From Phycisphaerae bacterium (lineage in GTDB: Bacteria > Planctomycetota > Phycisphaerae > UBA1845 > Fen-1342), in NCBI GenBank assembly GCA_963675745.2, contig CAXXWX010000013.1:121523-185522 (forward strand): a DNA stretch of 64,000 bases, in the 5' to 3' direction. A program made the translations under genes and the position numbers. The first letter of the stretch is position 1; each line of letters begins with the position of its first letter. This document shows, one piece after another, positions 38,326-51,100 of the stretch. The notes beneath the pieces are model-generated. The model did not search any database. It worked only from the letters and a program-made list of their open reading frames with translations, and was not told the DNA's origin.

Positions 38326-39042
38326 ATGGGGGCACAACCCGCGACAGCGGCCGGCGCCAACGCGCCGACATGCGTCCTGTGTGGCCGCGTGTTCAATTGG
38401 CGCCGCAGACGCAAGCCACTGTACGGTGTGGACGTGTGCGGCAGGTGCCGTAACGCCTTCGCCAATCGACGGCAGCTTGCGTACATCATCGACGGTGTTC
38501 TCTGGATGATCCCCGTTTTCGCGATAGGGTTTGTGCTGGGGTTCGTGGCGGCACTGCTGCTGCTGCCAATCCCCAACCTGACGACGAATCCCGTTCTCGC
38601 CATTCTGGGTTTCAGCAATCCGATTACGATCGTGCTGAGTTGGGGCCTTCCGTGGTTGTTCCTCTGCAAGGACGGTTTCAACGGCATGTCGCCGGGTAAA
38701 TGGCTGATGGGCGTGCAGGTTGTCGATCGCCTCACTCGCGAGCCGATCGGGTTCTGGCAGAGCTTCAAGCGCAATCTGATTCTGATGGTCCCGGTCTTCC
38801 CTCTCATCATCGCGCTGAGCATGATGAGTGGAAAACGGCTTGGAGACGGCTGGGCCAACACAGCCGTCATCTGGCGGAAGCACCGCTACGAGGCGCCCTT
38901 CGAGCCGCGCGGCATGTTCTGTCATGGCTGCGGCTACAACCTGACGGGGAATGTATCGGGGCGTTGCCCGGAGTGTGGCTTGCCGGTGCCGGCGCGACGA
39001 CCCGCGGCGGGTCCGACCTCCCTGCCCAACGAGACGGCGTAA
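38326..39042 (+). CDS. RDD family membrane protein with N- and C-terminal zinc ribbons
   Basis: RRQLAYIID, SPGKWLMGVQV, RLGD.WANT.V; CVLC...CGRC and CHGCGYNL...CPECG. Confidence 0.85.
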   Translation: MGAQPATAAGANAPTCVLCGRVFNWRRRRKPLYGVDVCGRCRNAFANRRQLAYIIDGVLWMIPVFAIGFVLGFVAALLLLPIPNLTTNPVLAILGFSNPITIVLSWGLPWLFLCKDGFNGMSPGKWLMGVQVVDRLTREPIGFWQSFKRNLILMVPVFPLIIALSMMSGKRLGDGWANTAVIWRKHRYEAPFEPRGMFCHGCGYNLTGNVSGRCPECGLPVPARRPAAGPTSLPNETA

Positions 39043-39158
39043 CTAGGCGGATGCCGCGCACCAGCAGCTCATTCACTGGTGCGTCACCGGCGGTTTGTCC
39101 TCCGGCGCGGGCAAACCGCCAGTTGCGGGGCGGTCGATCAGTTGAGCTTTGACGGGCA

Positions 39159-42100
39159 CTAATCCTCCACGAGGATGGTGCGGCCGGTGAACACCTGGGC
39201 CAGCCCGACGGCGAGTCCCGAGCTGTTGGGGTCGAGCGAGATGCCGCTGATGTCGCCCTTGGCCGCGTAAGCCATCTCGTCGCCCATCTCCATATACCCG
39301 GCGCTGAGGCTGTACGAGCCCGCCGCCAGCGAGATCGAGCCGCTGATCGTGATGGTGCCCGTCAGGTAGGCCGGGTCGGCTTCGCCGCCGCTGCCCTTGG
39401 GCATGAGGCTTTCGAGCGTAATCCTGCCGGACGTGCCGCCGAACGAGATTCCAACGGTAGGCCCGCCAACAGCGCCACTCCAGGTGTACGTTTCGCCGCT
39501 GTCATCGTCCGGCGTCAGCACGACGCCCACCAGCGAGCCGCCGGCGATGCCGACACTGCCGCCGGCTGTGGTCAGGTTGCCCTCCCACTTGATCATCTTG
39601 ATGCCGGCGGCTTCCATGGTCTGTTTGCGCACGCCGGACGCCTTGACCAACCAGCCCAGGAACGTAACCAGCAGCATGGCCACGACGAGCGAGATCATGA
39701 TCTCCAGGAGCATCTCGCCGCTCGGGTCGACGTGGTTGACCGGGTTGTTCTTGGTGTACAGGTACTTGTGCAGGCTCGGCGGGTCGAAGACGCTGCCCTG
39801 ACACGGATCGGTGCTGATGAAGCGTCCGGCGGCCGGGTCGTAATAGCGTGCCCGCAGGTAGTAGAAGCCCACGTTCGGGTCGTATTGCTCACCCGTATAC
39901 CGGAACTCGTTGGGCGTCGTACCGGCCTGCGCGATCAAATTGCCAAATGCGTCGTAGACATAAGCATCGGTGACGTTGCCGGTGGAATCGGTCAGCATGC
40001 GCGTCGACATCTGACCGTCGTAGACATAGTAGCGCGGACTGGTGTCGGCGCGGCGCATGCTGATCAGGTCGTCGCCGTGGAGATACGTGGTAACCACGCC
40101 GCCGCTGTGTTGCTCGATGATCTGGGCATTGGCGCGGTTGCAGTCAACCAGGTAGTGCGTGGTCTGGCCGTCGGCGGTCTTGCTGACGCGCGTGCCGTCG
40201 GCGTCATAGACGTACGCGACCAGACCCGGTGCGGCACCGGTCTGGACGTCGGCGGACACGAGGCGGTCTTCGGCGTCGAACGTATACGTGTCCGTCGCGA
40301 CACCGTCGCTACGGCTGCTCAGGTTGCCGTTGTCGTCATACGCATAGGTGGTGGTGACCGGAGCCAGGCGCTGATCGTACAGCGTTGCCTTGGCATGCTC
40401 TTGCATGGCCTGGATGTCGGTGGCCTGTACGTGCTCGGCCCCCACGATCATCGTGGGCAGCATTACCAGGGCGATGGTCTGTACGATGACGCGGCGCCGG
40501 CGTGCGGCGCGACCGAGATTGGCCGGCCGACGGCGCAGCAGACCCAGCGGCAACAGCAACGGCCACAGGCTGGCGACCGAGAACCCGGTCAGCACTGCCG
40601 CGGGCACAATCGATGGCCGCTGGTCATAGCGCGTGAGCACTGTGCCATTAGGTGTGCGCGGGGCCGCCACCACCAGCACCGTACGCACCTCGCTCACCAG
40701 GCGGCAGTTGTCATCGTACGTGTAGGTCGTCTCTGTTACGGACCCATTATGGGTGACCACCTGGCGTGTACGGTTGCCCACGGCGTCATAGGAATGCTCG
40801 AATACGGTTTGACTGCCGTCGGGGTCATTGATCTCCTCGCGCACCAGGCGATAGAGCGCATCGTAGGTGTAGTCGACCGTCCGGCCGGTGTGCTCGACGA
40901 CGCGTGTGCGGTTGCCGAGCGGGCCGAGCTCGTACACGTATGCGGCGACGATCTCCGATGTGGCGACGCGAATCGTCTCCATGTAGGTCAGGCGATTCAG
41001 ATCGTCATAGAGATAATTCGTCTGCGTGCCGTTCGGATAGGTGATCGAGGCGCGGTTGCCGGCCGCGTCGTACGTGTATGTTGACGTGGCTCCGTTCGGG
41101 TCGGTGACCGTTTCGAGCCGATTGAGTGCGTCATACGTGTAGGTTGTCTCGCCGGATGGGGCCGTCAGCGATGTGCGATTGCCCATGGCATCATACTCGT
41201 ACACCAGCGTGGCCCCGTTCGGATCGGCGACGGTCAGCAAGCGCCCGTGGCCGTCATATGTATACGCCGTAACGCCGCGGCTGTCGGTGACAGACTCGCG
41301 CCGACCGATCGGCGTGTAGGTGTAGGTAACCTCCGCTCCACCGGGCAGCAGTTTGCGGGCCAACCGGTTGTTGCTGTCGTATTCGTAGGAGATCGTCGCG
41401 CCGTTGTAGTCGGTACGCGCGATCAGATTGCCTTCGGGATCGTACTGCCGGTCGGTATCCATGCCGAGCGGGAGCATGGTCGAACTGCGCCGGCCGAGGT
41501 TGTCGTATTCATACTCGGTGACATTGCCGAGCGCGTCGGCCTGTGTGAGCAGATGGCCGAACTCGTCGTAGGTGTAGTCCGCCGTGTTACCGAGCGGATC
41601 GGTAACGCGGACGAGCTTGCCGCGCTCGTCATATTCGAACTGCACCGTGTTGCCGCCGGGATCGGTACTGGAAATGCGCCGGCCGCCGGCATCAAAGACG
41701 CTGCTGAGCGACGTGCCATCGTGGAAAATGACCTGCACGTTGCGGCCGGCCGCGTCGCGGACGTAGGTGGTCGTGTGGCCGTTGGCATCGGTCGTTGTTT
41801 CGAGGCGGTCCGCCGCGTCGTACGTCTTCACGGTCTCATGGTCGAGCGCGTCGATGATGTGGGTCTGGCGTCCGGCGTCGTCATAGACGTAGTCGGTCGC
41901 GTTGCCGCGCGCGTCGATCTCGCTCAGTACCCGGCCCACTTCGTCGTAGACCATTTCGCTGAACGTGCCGTCGTAGTGCGTCTTGCGGGTCTGCCGGCCG
42001 ACCGGGTCATACGTATACGTGGTCGTGAAGCCGGCCCGGTCGGTTGCCTCGACCTGCTGCCCTTCGGCGTCGTAGCTCCACAGCTCCTCGGTGCCGTCGG

Positions 42101-45100
42101 CGTAGAGGGCGCGCGTTCGCAGGCCGCGAATCTCATATTCGTATTCCGTGCGCCGGCCGAGCCGATCGATAGTCGCCGCCAGTTGCCCGGTCTCGTTGTA
42201 CTCGTTGAACGAAGCAGCGCCGTTGGGGTCGACCGTCTGCACGACGCGGTTCATCGCGTCGTACACGTACGCGGTGGTCAGCACCTCGGGGCCGCCGTCG
42301 GTCTGGCGTGTGGTCGACTCGGTCAGGCGGTTGCCGTTTTCGTCGTAGGTGTAGGTGGTCTCGACGCCGCGCGCGTCGGTCTTTCGCGTCTGCCGGCCAA
42401 ACGTGTCATACTCGAAGACGACCACGTTACCGAGCTCGTCGGTGAGGCTGGTGACGTTGCCGTTGGTGTCATAGGCGATCAGCCGCTCATCGCCGAGCTG
42501 GTTCACCCGCCGAATCAGCCGGCCGAACGCGTCGTATTCGTTCGTGACCATGTGGCCAAGTGGATCGGTCTCGGTGAGCACCTGGTTGCGCGAGTTGTAC
42601 GTGTACGTCGTCGTGTGGCCGAGCGGATCGGTCTCGGTGAGCACGTTGCCGCGGCTGTCATAGGTCTGCGTCGTCGTGTGGTCGAGCGCGTCGGTGCGCG
42701 TCAGCAGGTTGCCGTCGTCGTCATACGTGAACGTCGTGACGTAACCGAGCTCGTCCGTCTCCTCGATAACCTTGCCTTCGTCGTTATACGCGTAGATGTG
42801 TGTGTGACCGAGGCGATCGGTGACGGTCTGCGTGTTGTTCTCGTCGTCGTAGGCAAACTCGGTGCGGTAGCCGGCGGCATCGACCGCGGCGATCAGCCGC
42901 CCCTCGTCGTCGTAGACGTTCCGCGCAATCGCGTTGCCGCGCGGATCGACGATCTCGCGCAACCCGTGGCGGTTGTTGTAGGCAAACTCCGTCGTGTAGC
43001 CCGCGGCGTCGGTTACGGCGACGAGGTCGCCACGCCCGTCGTACTCATACTCCCACGCGTTGCCGCGTGGATCGACGATGCGCGTGATGCGGCCCTGGCC
43101 GTCGCGCTCAAAGTTGACCGCCAGGCCGCAGGAGTGCGTGATGCCGTTTTCGGTGAAGCTGAGCACGTTGCCGCTGGGGTCCTTGAACTGCTGCAAGCGC
43201 GAGACCAACGAATTGGGCGCGCCGACAAACGTATACTGGCGCCCGTCGGGCCGCGTTACGCGATAGGTCTGAGGATCCCAGGGCTGGTTGCCGTTGACGA
43301 CCAGCTCGCCCGGACCGGGGGCCATGCCGTTGAAGAGCGTCGGGGCGGCATCAAGCACTTCGAGTGTCGATTCGGCACCATCGAGCGGTACAAAGCTGAC
43401 GCCGTCGAGGAACAGAATCTGCGACAGTGACTGCTGGTCGGGGTCGACGCGGAGCGCGAAGAACTCGGTGACGCCGTCTTCAAACGTGACGGCGACGTAC
43501 TTTCCGCGCGTCGGCTGAATGACGTAGGTGGGGAACCAGCCGCCGATGACGATCTGCTCCCAGTCGGCACCGAGCGTGCTCGATTCCTGGAGCTGAACGC
43601 GTTCGACCGTGAGCTTCCAGCCATAGCCGAAATCGCCGGGCGCACGATCGCGGCTGTCGTAGGCGCGCGTCACGCTTACGGGCACTCCGGCCACCGGGAT
43701 GTTCAGGTCGGTGAACATGAGCGTGAAGTTGCCGACACTCAGATCGGTATCGAGCTGGTGTGTCTGCGTCACTTCACTGACATGGCCGGCCGTGTCCATC
43801 GCGCGCAGGCGCAGCTCAAACACGCCGTTGGCCATGGTTGCCGGATCAAGCTGGCCAAGCACGCCGTTGGTGACAGTGTCATATCCCGCGGCGATCTGCG
43901 TGAACTCGCCCTCGCCGACCGGGCGATAACTCAGCGTGTAACGGTACAGGTTGTCGTCATCGACGGTGCCGATTACGTCCATACGTGTCGTGACTGTCGC
44001 ATCGGCCGTCGGCGCCGTGATGGCCACGGTCGGCGGCGTCACGTCGCCGGTAACCGACGCATAGAAGTCCGCCGTCGCAACCGTGCTGTGGCCGACGACA
44101 TCGGTGGCGGTGGCCTCGGCGACATAGGCGCCCGGTGCCGTAGTGGTGTACTCCGCCTGCTGCTCGGCATCGAGGGCCACCGGATCTCCGTTGACGGTCA
44201 GCGTCAGTGAGGCGATCGCGAAATCATCCGTCGCCGTCACGCTGATCGTGACAGTTTCGCCTGGTGCGACCGCCGGCGGATCAACCGTGATGCTGACTTC
44301 GGGCGCGTACAGGTCCTCATCGGCGGATTCGAAGACGTCCACCGTGAAGGGTTGCGTCGCCATCGCGCCGAGAATGTCGGTCACCGCGACTTCGACGCCG
44401 TGCGGGCCGACCTGGTCGGCCGCCGGTGTCCAGGTGACCAGGCCGGTCGCCTCGTTGATCGACATGCCGTCAGGTGCCACGATTAGCGCGTAGGTGCGCG
44501 GATGCCCGTCTGGATCGGTGGCAAGCACGTCATAGCGGTATTCATAGCCGACAATCGCCCGCGTCGGCGCCGTCGAGATGAAGCTCGGCGGCGAGTTGAG
44601 GCTGACTGTCAGCGTGAAGGTCTGCTCGGCCCAGGCCGACTGCGCATCTTCGACGTGTACCGTGACATCGTGTACGCCCAGGTCCGCTTCGATCGGCGTC
44701 CAGGCAATCAGCCCGGTCGCCGGGTCGATCGTCATGGCGGGCGGCGCGACCGGCAGCGAGAACAACAGCGGCTGGTTCGCATCGTCATCGGCGGCGACCG
44801 GGTAAATGTAGTCATCGCCCACAACAACCGTCGTCGGCGCGACCGAGATGAACCACGGCGCGCCGTTGAGCCCGTCGGCGGAGACGGTCAGCGTGTAACG
44901 CTGCGTCGCAATGCCGCCGCGGCCGTCGTCGACCATCAGCTCGACGCGGTGTGTGCCAAGGTCGATCGGCGAGGGGGTCCACTCGATGACGCCACTGACG
45001 CTGTCAACACCCATCGTAGGTGGTGCGTCGAGCAGCGCGTAGCTGAGCACGTCGCCGTCATCATCGCGGGCCTGCACACCGTAGGTGTACAACGTGTCGA

Positions 45101-48100
45101 ATGCGGCCTTGCGCGGCGGCTGCGACGTGATGTGCGGCGCGACGTTATCGCCGAGCAGCGAGACCGTCACGGCGTACTCCTGCGTCGCCCAACCGCCGCG
45201 CCCGTCATCAGCGCGCAACGCCACGTCGTGCGTGCCGAGCTGGCCGTCGATCGGCGTCCAGTTGATCTGGCCGCCGGCGTCGATGGACATGCCGGCCGGC
45301 GCCGTGTCGAGCGCGTAGCTCAGCGCGTCGCCGTCGTCATCCTCGGCGGCCACGGCGTATACGTACGGCGCGTTCAGCACCGCTGTGTACGTCGGCGCCG
45401 AGACGATCCGCGGAGCCGTGTTGTCGCCGAACAGTGAGACGGCGACGTGGAAGCTCTGCGTGGCCCAGCCGCCCTGACCGTCTTCAGCACGCACGACAAA
45501 CGCGTGGCTGCCGATCTGCGTCAGCGTCGGCGTCCAGGTAATCGTGTCGGTCGCGCCGTCGAGGGAGGCGCCCGCTGGCGCCTGGTCGAGCGAGAGCGCC
45601 ACCGGGTCGCCATCAGCGTCGCTGGCGGTCAGCGCGTACGTGTACTCGCTCTCCGCGGCGGCGGAGAAAGTCGGCGTTGAGGTGATCTCGGGCGGGTGGT
45701 TGCTCCCGGTCAGCGAAACCGTCAACGGATACGTCTGCGTGACGACCCATCCGCGGCCGTCATCGACGCGCACAATCACCTCGTGCGTGCCGATCTGCCA
45801 CGCCGCGGGCGTCCATTCGATCAGTCCGCCGGCACTGTCGATCGTCATGCCGAGCGGGGCCGCATCGAGCGAGAACGTCAATGTGTCGTTTTCATCGTCC
45901 TCGGCCTCGACGGCGTACGTGTAGAGCACGCCGACCTGGGCCGTAAACGGCGGGGTCGATGTGATGCGCGGAGCGGTTTCAACCAATACCTCATCGCCCA
46001 GCGCAATCGTCTGCGTCGTACCCCAGCCATCGGTCGCCAGCACCTCGGCGGCAAACGGCCCAACTTCGGCAATCCACTGCACGACACCGGTGGTGGGATT
46101 AATGATCATCCCATCAGGGTTCGTGAGCAGCTCGAAGCTCACCGGCGGACACGTCGCGTCAACCTGTGGCACAAACGTCGCCAGCCAGCCCGGCACGAGC
46201 GTCGGCTGGTGATATGTCACGGTCAAGGCGCACTCGCGGACGTCGATCTCAAACACCTGAGTGCTCGGGCAGACGCCGTCGCGCGTGGCGACGACCGTGA
46301 CATCGTGTACGCCGATCTGGCCGGCGGTGGGCAGCCAGGTGATAAGGCCGCTGGCGCCGTCAATCGCCATCCCGGCCGGCGCCGTATCGAGCGCGTACGT
46401 CACCGTGCCGGCCTGCGTCTCGGCGTCCACGTCATAATCATAGGCAACATCCGGGCGTCCGACGGTCACCGGATCGGTAACGAACACCGGCGCGTCGGCA
46501 CACGGCGCCACGTCGATCTCAAACGCCTGCTCGTCGAACAGACCCGCCGGGTCTGAAGCGACGACGGTCACCGACTGCGGCCCATCCTGGCCGGCGGCGG
46601 GCAGCCACTCGATCAACCCGGCGTTCGGGTCAACCGTCATACCCGCCGGCGCGTCGCTCAGCGTATAGTCAATCACGTCTCCGTCGAGGTCGTTGGCCAG
46701 CACCTGGTAAGCATACGCCGCGCCGACCGCGGCCTCGGTGACCGGTTCAGAGAAGATCATCGGCGCGACGTTGACGGCGTCGGCCGTGATTTCGTACGAC
46801 TGCGTGACGAGTTCGAGTCCATCGCTGACGCCGACGGTCACCGCGTGCGGCCCGGTGGCGGCGGCGGTCTGTGGTACCAGCCAGGTGATCAAGCCGGTGT
46901 CCGGATGGATGTTCATCCCGCCCGGATATTCGACCAATCCGAAGCTGAGCTCATCGTCGTCGATATCCAACGCCGTCACGAGATAGGTGTAGATTTCGCC
47001 CTCGGTCGCGGTTGTCACCGGCGTCGAGGTGATCGTCGGCGGGACGTTGCTGCTGTGGACGTGAATCTCGAACACCTGTGACGCCGTATGACCGGCCGGG
47101 TCGCTGACGTGCAGTGCGACGGCGTGCGGGTTGTACTGGGCCGCGGTCTGATCGGGCAGCCAGCGCAGGAGCCCGCTGTTCGGATCGAGCGTCATCCCGG
47201 CCGGCCCGCTGTCCAACACATACGTCAGCGTGCCGCCATCCGGGTCAACCGCTACGACCTGGTACTCGTACCAGGTGTCTTCCAGCGCGCCATACACTGG
47301 GTCGGACGTGATCTGCGGGCCAAGGTCGATCGTGTCAACCGTGAGCGTATACACCTGCTGGCCACTGGCGCCCGATGCATCCGACGCTGCCAGGATCACC
47401 GTGTACGGACTGCCCGCGCCCGCGTCCTGCGGCGGTAGCCAGGTCACACGCCCGACCAGCGGGTGTATCGTCAGCCCGGCCGGACCATCGACAACACTGT
47501 ACGCAACGACATCACCATCGGCGTCGCTCGCCACGGCGTTGTAGACATACAGCGCGCCTTCCGTCGCCGCCGTAATCGGCGTGGACGTGAAGACCGGAGC
47601 GGCATTTTCATCCGTCACGTCAAGCGAGTAGATCAACTCCGCCCGGCAGTTCGCCGTGCTGGAGACCATCACCTTGACGGCGTGTGTGCCGGCGGCTGTG
47701 TAGGGCACATCCCAGGTGATCAGGCCATCCGCGTCGATCGCCATCCCGCCCGGCCCGACGCTCAGCGCGTAGCTCAGCGCGCCCGTGCCGCCGGCCTCGA
47801 CCTGGTAGCTGTAGAGCGTACCTTCGCTGGTCGATTGCGGCGGCGGATCGATAATCACAGGCGGATCGGCGCAGTCATTGACGAGCAGCACGAATTCCTG
47901 CTCGACCGCGTTGTCGGCCGGGTCGCTCGCGCGCAACTTGACCGCGTGCGGGCCGACCTCGGGCGCCGGCCACTCGAGCAGGCCGCTGGCCGGGTCAAGC
48001 GTCATCCCGGTTGGGCCTTCCAGCAGCTCGAACGTCACGATGTCACCGTCCGGATCAAGCGCATCGACCGTGTATGCGTAGGGCTCGCCGACGAGGGCCG

Positions 48101-51100
48101 TCGTGAGCGGGGCTGAGTGGATCACGGGCGGCACATCAACCGCCTCGATCGCGATCTCGAATGCCTGCGTCGCCTCACCTCCGTCGTGATTGTCATAGGC
48201 GACGACCGCGACGGCATGCCCGCCGGCCGCGTCTTGCGCCGGCATCCAGTCAACCAGGCCGGTAAGCGGATGAATCGTCATGCCATCCGGCGCGACGGGC
48301 GCATCGGCCAGCGCGTAGCCGACAACGTCGCCGTCATCGTCCACGGCTTCCACGTGATAGCGGTAGCGCTGACCTTCGACACCGACCGTGATCGGCGTTG
48401 ACACGAACCGTGGCGGTGTGTTGAACAGGTATGGAATCGCATCAAACGTAAACGCGAGGTTCTGCGCGTCGGCGAACTCGATCCACAGCGGCCCGATCGC
48501 CTCGCCGGGCATGAGCGTGTTGTTGGTCAGCAGATGGCTGAACTCGATGTAGGGCAGCGTCTGCCCCGTCTCGGTCGGATGCGGGACGACGCCCGCGATG
48601 TTGAGCAGCGTGACGGACGCCGGCTCGATGTTGTCAAACGCGAGGCCGATGGGGCCGGTGATCGGGTCGTTGCAATCGCTGACCAGCGTGAACTCGCCGC
48701 GATGTACGCCGGCGGCCGCGTCATAGTCGCGGACGCCGATGATCACGTGCATGCGCTCGCCGGCCGGCACGCGCGGGCCTTCCGGCGGGGCCACGATTAC
48801 CTCGGTCGTCGCAAGTGCCTCGGACCCATCGCTGTCGATGACGCGCGCGGCAACCACGTAGTTGCCTTGCGCGCTATAGCTGTGCGTCTGCGTGGCGCCC
48901 GTGTCGCCGGAGGCGCTGAACACGACGCCGTTGTAGTCCCAATCCCACTCGATGGGATCGAGTTGGTCGCAGGGCGTCTGGGCGTCGGCCTCGAAGTTGC
49001 CGAGCTGGTCGAGGCCCAGCGCGCTCGGTCCGCTGACGCTGATCGTCGGCACGCCGTCGAGCACGGTAACGTCGGCAAACGCCGGCTCGCTGTTTTCGCC
49101 GCCGTCCGAAACAATCAGGCCGACCTGATAGACACCGTCCGCATACCAGGTATAGGTTGGGGCCGGGCCGGTCGCATCGTCGTATTCGCCATCTTCGTCG
49201 AGATCCCAGGCATAGGTGAGCGGGTTCGCGTCTTCGTCGTATGAGCCGGTGCCGTCGAGCTGCACCTGCGTGCATTCGATGACCACATCCGGCTCGGCGA
49301 TCACCGCAACCGGTGCGTGGTTTGTTAACACCAGGACCGTCGTGAAGTCCGGCAACGATGGCAGCTTCTCATTGTTCGGGTGCAAAACGGCGTTGTCCCA
49401 CACGCGCAGGCCGATGTTGTAGCTGCCCGGCGTGGTGTAGACCCACTCAACCTGCGGGCAATCGTCGGGCGGCGCGTTGCAATCGACGGCTGCGTCGGCG
49501 TTGTCGAAGTCATACCCATCGGCGCCGTTGAAATCCCACTCCTGGCGCGTGATGTAGTCGGTCGGGTCGATATCAAACGAGCCGCTGCCATCCGGATGGA
49601 ACGGCACGCCGACATTCGTCGTATACGGCCCGCCGATCACGGCAAACGGCGCGTGCGGCGGCTCGGCGATCGTCACGAGGCGCGTGTCAACGTCAGTCTG
49701 CCCGATGTCGTCAGTTACGCGCAGGCGCGACTGGTAAGTGATCGGGTAGACGACATTCGGGTCTTGCCAGAAGGTGTGCAGCACATTCGGGTCGGCGCCG
49801 ACGTAATCGTAGGTGCCATCGCCATCGAAATCCCACTCGTATTGCTCGAGGACGCGGACCGGGTCGGTGTGGTATGAGGCCGACGCATCAAAAACCAGCG
49901 GCCGGTCAAAGGCCCACACGATGTCGTCGCCCGCAACGGCCACCGGGGGCCGGGTGAACAATGTCGGCGTGAGAATGACGATCTGCCAGGCGGATGCGAA
50001 GACCCGGCCGCGGTGGTCCGGCCAGCCGCCGTCGCTAAGCTGCTGATTGAGAATGTGGCGGATCAAGCCGCTTTCGCTGTTGTACCAGTCCAAGCCGGTC
50101 GGGTTGAGCGTGGTGATGGGCTCCGGCAGGGCCAGGCGCATGGCCTTGGCGAACGCGTACCAGGCGTACACGAAGTTCGAGCCGTCCGCACTCAGGAAGC
50201 TCGACCAACTGTTCGCCAGATAGGTTTCGGCGGTTTGCCAGCGTGGATCGCTGCGGTCAAACCCGCAGAAGGCCAACTGGACCAGCCCCGAAGGTGTGGT
50301 GGCCCAGGATCCGCCGCTGCTGCTGGAGTACCCGAATCCCGTGCCGTTGTAGCTGTAGTTCAGCCAGATGTCGTTTTCGTCCTTGACCCATGTCGGCGCA
50401 TCGAGGCCGAAGGCGGTTTTGGTGCCCGAGAAGCCGATCGCCGCCCATTGGCAGGCCGAGTTGTCAGCATTGACGTTCCAGTCGTAGCGCCAGCCGCCGC
50501 GGCCGCCGCCGTCATCCTCCTGCCCCCATGAGTACATGTCACCCATGTCCTGGGCGATGTCACGGTACGTGCGGCCGACAACCCCGCCGCTGCCGGTGCC
50601 GGCCACCAGGTCGGGTTCACCGGCGGCAGCCAACGCGTCCATGACCATACCGCCCTGGTAGATCGGCTGGCCATCATTCACGCCGATGCCCAGCTCGTTG
50701 CCGTTCGAATCCGGATTGCCGTACGGCTGGCTGCCGATCGCGTAGGCCGTCAGATATGTGAACAGCCGCTCAAAGCCGTGGATCACATCCGCAACAAGCG
50801 GGTCCCTGGTCACTGGGCGCATGGGCACGTGCCCGTTGATCTCCATGGCGTGAATGGATGAGGCGGTCGATCCGGACCGGTAGCTGCTGTACGACGACCA
50901 CGAGCCGTCGGTGTTCTGCTGCTTGTGCAGCCACCACAGGCCGTCATCGATGGCCACGTTGACTTCGATGGTCAGGTCGCGGGCGTGGATTTGCAGCGGG
51001 TAGGTGTCGGTCAGGTCGCCATACACCGGGTCGTGTACGGTCAAGGTTGCGGTGTAGAGCGCCCCTGGGGAGCCGTTGTATATGTGTGTGGTTTCGATGA

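Noticed and set aside
49960..50970. Alpha-2-macroglobulin thioester or active squalene-hopene cyclase
   Set aside because: No CGEQ or DxDD catalytic motif is visible; only the fold-level resemblance is retained.
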